A stretch of DNA of 64,000 bases. Origin: Macrostomum hystrix (taxonomy: Eukaryota > Animalia > Platyhelminthes). The notes under the pieces were generated by a model. It saw only the letters and a program-made list of their open reading frames with translations, was not told the DNA's origin and made no database searches. A program made the position numbers and the translations under genes. This document shows positions 55,013-64,000 of this stretch, in pieces. The stretch is from NCBI GenBank assembly GCA_950097015.1, contig CATNEN010000015.1:1674001-1738000 (forward strand). The letters are read 5' to 3'. Numbering within the stretch: the stretch's first letter is position 1; each line of letters starts with the position of its first letter.

Positions 55013-56675
55013 GCCTGTCTACTCTTTCTATCCTACTGTCTACTCTACCTATCCTGTTGTCTACTCTTCCTATCCTACTGTCTACTCTTCCTATCCTACT
55101 GTCTACTCTTCCTATCCTCATGTCTACTCTTCCTATCCTACTGTCTACTCTTCCTATCCTACTGTCTACTCTTCCTATCCTACTGTCTACTCTTCCTATC
55201 CTACTGTCTACTCTTCCTATCCTACTGTCTACTCTTCCTATCCTCATGTCTACTCTTCCTATCCTACTGTCTACTCTTCCTATCCTACTGTCTACTCTTC
55301 CTATCCTACTGTCTACTCTTCGTATCCTACTGTCTACTCTTCCTATCCTACTGTCTACTCTTCGTATCCTACTGTCTACTCTTCCTATCCTACTGTCTAC
55401 TCTTCGTATCCTACTGTCTATTCTTCCTATCCTACTGTCTACTCTTCCTATCCTACTGTCTACTCTTCCTATCCTACTGTCTACTCTTCCTATCCTACTG
55501 TCTACTCTTCCTATCCTACTGTCTACTCTTCCTATCCTACTGTCTACTCTTCCTATCCTACTGTCTACTCTTCGTATCCTACTGTCTACTCTTCCTATCC
55601 TACTGTCTACTCTTCGTATCCTACTGTCTACTCTTCCTTTCCTACTGTCTACTCTTCCTATCCTACTGTCTACTCTTCCTATCCTACTGTCTACTCTTCC
55701 TATCCTACTGTCTACTCTTCCTATCCTACTGTCTACTCTTCCTATCCTACTGTCTACCCTTCCTATCCTTCTGTCTACTCTTCCTATCCTACTGTCTACT
55801 CTTCCTATCCTACTGTCTACTCTTCCTATCCTACTGTCTACTCTTCCTATCCTAGTGTCTTCTCTTCCTATACTACTGTCTACTCTTCCTATCCTACTGT
55901 CTACTCTTCCTATCCTTCTGTCTACCCTTCCTATCCTACTGTCTACCCTTCCTATCCTTCTGTCTACTCTTCCTATCCTACTGTCTACTCTTCCTATCCT
56001 ACTGTCTACTCTTCCTATCCTACTGTCTACTCTTCCTATCCTACTGTCTACTCTTCCTATCCTACTGTCTACTCTTCCTATCCTACTGTCTACTCTTCCT
56101 ATCCTACTTTCTACTCTTCCTATACTACTGTCTACTCTTCCTATCCTACTGTCTACTCTTCGTATCCTTCTGTCTACTCTTCCTTTCCTACTGTCTACTC
56201 TTCCTATCCTACTGTCTACTCTTCGTATCCTTCTGTCTACTCTTCCTTTCCTACTGTCTACTCTTCCTATCCTACTGTCTACTCTTCCTATCCTACTGTC
56301 TACTCTTCCTATCCTACTGTCTACTCTTCCTATCCTACTGTCTACTCTTCCTATCCTACTGTCTACTCTTCCTATCCTACTGTCTACTCTTCCTTTCCTA
56401 CTGTCTACTCTTCCTTTCCTACTGTCTACTCTTCCTTTCCTACTGTCTACTCTTCCTTTCCTACTGTCTACTCTTCCTTTCCTACTGTCTACTCTTCCTT
56501 TCCTACTGTCTACTCTTCCTTTCCTACTGTCTACTCTTCGTATCCTTCTGTCTACTCTTCCTTTCCTACTGTCTACTCTTCCTATCCTACTGTCTACTCT
56601 TCCTATCCTACTGTCTACTCTTCGTATCCTTCTGTCTACTCTTCCTTTCCTACTGTCTACTCTTCCTTTCCTATG
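55013..56675. repeat. 21-bp pyrimidine-rich minisatellite
   Basis: TCTACTCTTCCTATCCTACTG. Confidence 0.97.
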
Positions 56676-59600
56676 TTCTTAATTCGCATCATTTATTTTT
56701 CTAGGCGTGTGCATTGATTGTTGCTCACTGCGGTGCAGTAATGCTTCTGCATAATTCTCCTTCATTTTATCAATTAATTCTTTATCTTCTGTAGACATTC
56801 CATTGAGTTATTCCTGAAAAGTGTATTTCTAATTTATCCCTACTAATCCTTTGCTCGGTGAGATATGAGAGGCCTAGCTTTAAAGTTATGAAAATGCCTA
56901 TTCTGAGCAGCTGCTCACAGAAGAAATCTGAAACGGGTTGGGTTACAATTGGGTGGCTTGTCATAGCTTATTGCTTTGATTTATCTAGTCTAACAGGCAT
57001 TGAAACTGATCAGTAGATCATTCTGCTAGGCAATAGATGATATCCGTGTGATATTATAGATTTATAGTTCAATAAATTACTGAACGCACTTCTTTTCTAG
57101 GGTGCCAATCGTTACTGAGTAGAGAAAATAATTTCCTTTAGCAATCATGCTTTGAATTCTGCTATCAGAAACTAATTGCTGTGCAGCTAAGGGCCACAGG
57201 TGTCAGAATCTTGCCTGCCTGGGCGACCCGGCGAAATTCTGCTTTAAATTAGTGGCCAAATTGCTTGACAATTCTTATGGCCCACCTGGGCGCACGGAAA
57301 TCAATTTACAGCAGTCCAGTAAAATAATTCAAGCAGAAACGAAACCTACAAAAATTTGCAACAGTCAGACCTTGCGGGGAACCTCGAGGCGAATTTTAAT
57401 TAGGGAAGAAGCTCGATAAGCTTCAGAAATATTTGCACACACACAGGATTTAGATAATCATATTTATTATTGACTCTGAATGTGCAAACTTCGCGAATAT
57501 GCCAGTGAGCTTCAGGTATTCGGTTATCTTCACACTTAAATAAAATCTATAATCGATAAGATAAAAAAATGTAATATAATTGATAAATTATTAATCATTA
57601 TTATTCTGGAATTTCCAAATAATTAAGAGCTATGTGTATAAGCCTTAATGGCGAATCTATATTGGCTCAATAATAAGAAATCCACAAGCAATAGCCGACA
57701 TGGCTGCATGATGAAATTCTGTGTGCAGAAACAGACACCTCGCCGAGGATCGTTCAGTATCTCGACGGTGCAGATGTTTTTTTATTCTTGAAGTTCTTTC
57801 ATCGGATAGAGTGAAAAATTTTATCCCGTCTTCTGGATTTTCTAAATACTGGTACTTTAGTAGATATTAGATTTAGTAGACTTTAGAAACTAGTCACGGT
57901 CGAGTGTCTAAAACAGTCATATTGAACTGGATCACGATTGCTTTCAGACTCAATGAAGATAGTCCCTTTATAGATTCTGTCTAGTGATGGGCAATGTGGA
58001 ACAGATGGTTATTGTGCACTAAAAACACCATTGTGCACTGGAATGCGTCCTGCATGACACGTTGATTTCTTTGTTCAATGCCAGAGCCGGAGGTTGGATA
58101 AAATTTACGACCTACGTAACATAATTCCAGTCACTATTTGGCCTGCAAAGCAGGGGGCGCGTAGGCCGATAGAAAACTGTGTAACGATATGTTCCCTGTC
58201 CTACAACTAGAGGTCATTTATCCCCCTTCGACTGTTCCGATATTTTTGCTAGGCCAAAGAACTGCAACAATCCAGCCCCAATGGCCTATGTCGGAAGAAT
58301 TATGTTCAATGCAGTCAGCTGGTAATATGAAATGCTATATTATGTATCCCCATGTGTGCAATAGACGTCCATGGGATAAAAGTGGATTTCATTAATCTGC
58401 GGGCGCTGGTTCGCGCTCTCGCATTTATATTTTTGTTGGGGGGAGGCGAATGACTGAAGGAACGTCTGCTGGCGAGTTATTTGGTTTTAAAACGACTTTC
58501 GGCTTCTAGAGGAGCCTAGTTTGTTTAAAGTGTACTTTTATTCATATTCATCGTCTTGTTGCAGTTGTTGCTGAAGGCTAGAGTTTTCTCTGTTCACTTT
58601 GACGAGCCTGCTGGCACTGTGACACATTGCTGTTGCGGTGTTATTGGGGTATTATTATGGGTGAAAATATTTTAGTGGATGTGTGGAACCTTCAGCGATT
58701 CCTCAGTCAGTGGTGCGTGCCATTTCGAGTGTTTCAAATGCAACAGTTTTTGCAGTTTCCAATCAAACAACACACAAGCAGATATTTAGTGAATTGGCTT
58801 GTTTATCGACTAGCAAAACAGCATGACCTTGTCTCTGTAGTTCTATGCTTCCATGAAATCACTTGATTTCTATGGGATAACAACTGTGTTTGGGATGTCA
58901 ACTAGGTTGTCGCAAATATGTAAATACAAACAATATAGATTTAGCGCAATTGAAGCCTTAGCATCGACCTTTGCACAGCAGGTGCAAATTGTATATCGAA
59001 TGATACTGTACAATCAAGTCATGCATTTAGCCTTCCATCGACTGAATGTTAAACTGCACTGCTGCATAGAATATTTACAGCCAGAGTTGGTGTACAGTAA
59101 ATAAACTGTATTCAAGCCATCGAAAACTAATTGTCCTATTGGCATTTAAAATACATAGACGGAATAAAAGTTATTCAATCCTAAGGATAAGAACACAGGT
59201 ATAACATATGCCGTTTGATCAAAATACCGGTGAAAAGTATCAATTCATTGTCCTGAAGTCGCTAAACACAACTGAGCCTGTTCAATAATTTGAGTGGCTT
59301 ACTGGTTGGATGGAGTCAAGTGCCGCGTCTGCCAGACTTGTTTTTTTCCGTTCCTAGATTTATAAACATATTTTTGTACCCTCTATTTTAATTCAGAAAA
59401 ATCACCGAAGGCTTAGGGAATTGTTCTGAGCCGCTCGGGAGATTAATCAGATTGATTACCACCGTGTATCTACCCTCCAGCTGAATAGAACGCTTGAAAA
59501 AACAAAATACATTCGTTTTATTTTTTAAACTCATTTTAAATAAATTTTGCTGTTTTTTCTTTAATTTATAAAATGTCTAAATGCTAACTAGTGTCGCTGA

Positions 59601-60483
59601 ACTAGAACAAGAAGCTGAAAATTATCATCACGTCCGCTATTTGGTTTCTACTGAATTTACTGCGAACATAAATATGATTGTTTCGTTTTTATGAATTTAT
59701 GGCACTCAAAATGCGTTTTGAAGAATTTATTTTTTAAGTTACGACCGGCACTAGCTACATCCACTTCCACTCTCATAAGCTTTTTTATTATTTAACGACC
59801 GTCGCCCTTCACATCACACCTTCGCCTAAGGCTCCGCATGATGGCTAAGTCCGTTACTGCTGAATTAACACTTTCATCTAATACCTAACAGTCTTCACTT
59901 CTCAACTTTGACTCACTCTTCCTTAACAGTTCAAAGATGTTGTTTATTTGTTTCAGGCACCTCACTTTCAAATTCGCAATGTTTTTTTTACATTGTGGCG
60001 CCACTAGTACTATCCACTGGAACAGACTGTCAGTTTTAACCTGCAATATCATTTATTTACCAACCATGTTACGGCTTACAATCTGCAAGGTCAAGCTCAG
60101 TTTTTATCTTGTCATCAATTAACTCGGCAACAACTCTTACCTTTACCTCTCACTTTAGGCTGGTAACCAATCGTTGTATTCTGAGCCAACAAAATTGAAG
60201 CCAGTTTGTTTAACACAGTTGCCTTGACTCACTTAGACACCTGCACTGCTCTGCGATTTAATTAGCAGACTAAAAATTCTCATTCAATCTTTATTAACAC
60301 GGGAAGCAACTGACTTGTCGTAATTTCCCGTCGGCTCTCTTGTTTCCTCATCCGCTTTCTCTGTCTTTCCCAAAGGAAATCCCGCCAGCCCAGGTCGAGT
60401 TTCCTTAGTGATTGTGTCTGGCCTGGAAAACTCGTTCCAGGATAATAAATACCTGAGCGAGCTTATTTTCTGACTTATTTTAC

Positions 60484-60576
60484 ATAATTAAAAAGCATAT
60501 ACATGATATGATAAATAATTAAAAAGCATATACATGATATGATAAATAATTAAAAAGCATATACATGATATGATAA
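60484..60576. repeat. 31-bp unit, three perfect copies
   Basis: ATAATTAAAAAGCATATACATGATATGATAA. Confidence 0.9.
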
Positions 60577-63500
60577 ATGGACTAGACCTGACCGAATTTT
60601 CATGCGTAATAAACAATCGAGTTTTCAAACACGACACCATATCTCATCAAACCCGCCCAGGTCGATTCTGACGAGCTTAACAGACGACGTCTGTTGGCAG
60701 CCGACAGCTGGTTTAGCCTAGCTCTAATGTCTGACATGCCAGACACAACCGAGCCTGAGTCTATGGGTGAGACTGGCTCTGACGGTGAGCGAGTGTTGGA
60801 GCTGTTTTTCCCTTATTATTTCGCATCTGATCTCAAATTATCTACCTAAGCTCAAATTGGCTGCACAAAAATGACCTTCATGTGTCTTGTTGGACCGCCC
60901 ATAGGTTTTGTCCATTAGTCAATGCTACATCCATGTATTAGCTGCTGGCCATGCTGCTGGCTCATATCGTTTACTTAAACAAATATCCGCGCGAGGGCAG
61001 TACTGACTGCCGGGCCGCAACTTAACGAAGAAGTCACGGAGGCTAGCGTGAGCCGCTGAATGAATGAGACCGGCGCACTACAAGCTAGTGCTAGTGCTTT
61101 AAATCACGTCAACGGGGGGCACTACTTTATTGATTGGACAAATATTGCCCGGCCCTGCTGACTGGGATAGGCGGAGTTGAAGGGGCCGTTGGTAGTTGCT
61201 GGACAGATATAGAAATAAAATTGCTGTCTAGATTGTTCAGACTGGTGGAATAATGAATGCGACTGCCTGATCCTCGGTACGTGAGATTCGCTGCACTTTT
61301 ATTGCCCAATTATACGAACTGCTTTGGGTCAGTTTTTTAATACTTCTTTAGTAATATTATTTTACCTTCTTGGAAATTCGTGACCACTTCAAATTTTCTG
61401 TCTGACCCTATTTAAGTCCACAGTAAAGATCATTGGCAGAGCACTTTTTCCTGGATTTTCACACTTTCCTGAAATTCCCTCATTAGTTTTTCGTCATTTC
61501 GTCATATTCTCTCACCTCTTCCCAGATTTTCCTGAATTAAGAGTTCGTCTATTAAAATAAAAGGAAAATCTGCGTGACTATCATCTTAAGGGATAGGCTG
61601 TGAAGCTCTATCTGGTTCCGATGCCATCTCGTTGCTGCGAGTATTACATTTCAAAGCCTGGGCGTGTCGATTTAAGGGACTGAGCTTGCGAGTCATATTA
61701 TTCAATACTATCATCACTCATTGCCGCATCCAGAGTTTGTGGTAGACCTGTCAGTCTGTTTACTTTTGATGCAGCAGAATGATTCAGGATATTTAGCACG
61801 AATCATTTTTAACGCTAGAAACTGCCTTTTTGCTAATTTTGGTTAGAGCAGTGCATTGTTGTGCGCATGAAATACATTGTCGAGACCATTAGTAATTGGT
61901 GTGGGAAGTACACAAGCTTTTTATAAATGAAAATCTACATTCTCTGCACCATTTGCTAATGTTATACCTAGCAGTTGGCATGTTATGAAAATGCAATTAG
62001 CGCAGACAATGGTTGATGAATAATTGCATTATTGATTATTTCTATTTAGGCAAGTAGGACTGACATCTGGCATTTAACACGCAATTATATAGATCGGAAT
62101 GTCTTCAACACTGTCAGGACTCTCAAGCACATAAAAAAATTCCGGGTAGAGTTTACTGATTCTAAAAGCATGACCACGCTCTATATGACTGTCTTGCTAT
62201 TTATCGGTTTTTCATATTTTTAATACCCAATGAATAAAGATAAAAAACTCACATAAAAACTGAAATTCACCTATTTTCCCGCCAGTAGTTCAGATATCTA
62301 TCCTTTACAGCCAAATATTTTATTTTTCTTTCCTAATATTCGTTCATCTTTCTTAAACTGCCACTGTTTTTGGCCATCTCGGTTCTGACTACTACATTCC
62401 CTGCCCCCTGGGGCCACTTTGGTTGCTAGAGTGACTGCGACAAATATGCTCACTCAGCTCAGAAAAAATGGTTCAACTCGGCCTGCCATGAAATGGACTG
62501 CCCTGAGATCCCATGTCAGCCGTCCCTCTATATCCATCCCCAGAGCCAAACGCTCTGCTTTTAAAGACTTCCCCAATTCTCAACTCGTGGCTCAATTTCT
62601 TCAGCGCTATTTTTAGCAGATGACTAGCTATTAAGCGACCTGAATATATTTGCCTAGTTGTATCAGTTGTCAGTCATTTTTTATTATTGGCATTGGGCTT
62701 GGTCAGAATTGGCAGCTCACATTGCAAACTGTTCTTTGGTAGATGCGTGTTAGATACGAACAAAAAGTACAGAAGAAACTTACAATACATACTGGAAACG
62801 GTAATGCGTAGCTTGGTAGCTACGCGCGTCAAAAACAATGAAAGAATGTCATGACGGTTATAGTCTTATGAAACGCTATGCATACAATTCATGCATACCA
62901 TGCAAGTTGGATCATCAAGACAAAGTAATTTTTATATTTTGTATCATTTCGTATTTCGTATCATGGCATTATCTTCGAAATGAACAAATTAATGCTTAAC
63001 AAATTGTTCTATTCGATGTATTTTAAGACATAATCTTTGCTGCTCTTATATAGACACAGATAATACAATGTTTAACAGCAATCTTGTGACTATAAAAACG
63101 CCATTAGATTAAAAAATTCCATTAGTGTATACACTAATACACTAATGGGTTTAAAAATAAGACCTAAGACATTTAACGAAAGCCTATAGTTGTGGGATTT
63201 CTTCGTATTATTATCCAGAGTTTGTAGGCGGAGTTGTTCTTGGAGCCAGTTCACTACAGTTGTGCATGTGGCGCATTATTATATATTGGGTCCACAGAGA
63301 TCATTTTTGTTTTCTATTGTGTACAACAAAACTGCTAATCAAGATGAAGCGAGGTCGGCTTCGCGGCACTGTTGCTGGCGAAAAGAAAACAGCGCTGAAG
63401 AGGACGCTTTCCAAATCTTCTCTCATGGGGCAGCCGCTAAGCTAGACCTGGTAGTACGTTTTAGCCACTTCATAAAAATGCTAATTCAGTCTTCGATATT

Positions 63501-64000
63501 TTTAACCAACAAACGTCTTAAGATAACAAGGGTTTAAGATAAGTTCGATAATTAGCAGAGGTCAATATTTAAATTGTGGTGCTTTGGGATCGATCCGTCT
63601 AAAGAAGATGCTTTCTGAAAGAAAATAACCAAAACGATTGCAGGACTCAGGTGATTGCACAAATATCAAAAGCTAGTCAGAGGGTTTGTTAAATTGCATA
63701 AACATGAGAGGATAGTAAGCATGTTGTAAATATCAGGCAAGCATATTTTTAACAAGTAACGAAATCTGGAATTTTCCTGGAATGAGTTCTTGATTTGAAC
63801 AGATTTTTGCATGATGACTCCGAGCTCCTAGCTCGTACTAAACGATGTTCTTTGCAAGACAAGCTTGGAGCGAACATCGATCCGATAGGGAAACGAACCT
63901 ATAACAGTGTGCTTGTCAAGTTTGTCAAAGCGCCATGAAGCAGCTTTACCGAAGTCTTTACCGGCTCATTGTATTACGATCTTTGCGTTACGTCATCAAA

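Noticed and set aside
44140-56717. Large ORFs such as 46589-48229, 55011-56717 and 55057-56682
   Set aside because: These are translations of pyrimidine-rich minisatellites that are open in several frames by composition.
57000-64000. Scattered short ORFs and coding-looking patches (59750-60300, 62350-62620, 63190-63540)
   Set aside because: No recognisable motifs, frequent stops and no consistent exon chain; left unassigned.

Overview
Eukaryotic, repeat-rich DNA from an animal-like genome: GT-AG introns, GC-rich exons and introns filled with minisatellites. A flatworm such as Macrostomum is a guess only. 1-19 kb is a nest of transposons: a 3'-truncated RTE-like LINE; a degenerate foldback-like palindromic element; a young full-length Gypsy LTR retrotransposon (2740-11562, near-identical LTRs, GTAG TSD); a second, internally deleted Gypsy; and mariner and Harbinger remnants. 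The standout is the first Gypsy. Its Gag-Pol carries a CSDE1/Unr-like cold-shock domain between the zinc knuckle and the protease, plus an array of 5-6 LC8/DYNLL-type (TQT/GIQ) motifs between RNase H and integrase. 20-23 kb is an intronless M1 aminopeptidase-N homologue that has lost its catalytic motifs. 24-30 kb holds BEL/Pao gag debris, a solo LTR and a possible decayed EGFR-like fragment. 31-40 kb is a 6-coding-exon DDX5/DDX17-like DEAD-box helicase (566 aa, all splice phases close) with an RS-rich first exon and a Merlin element in its first coding intron. 40-57 kb is a run of distinct but related minisatellite arrays separated by short unique, partly exon-like spacers. 57-64 kb is AT-rich and I could not assign it. 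All protein assignments are by motif recognition, not database search.
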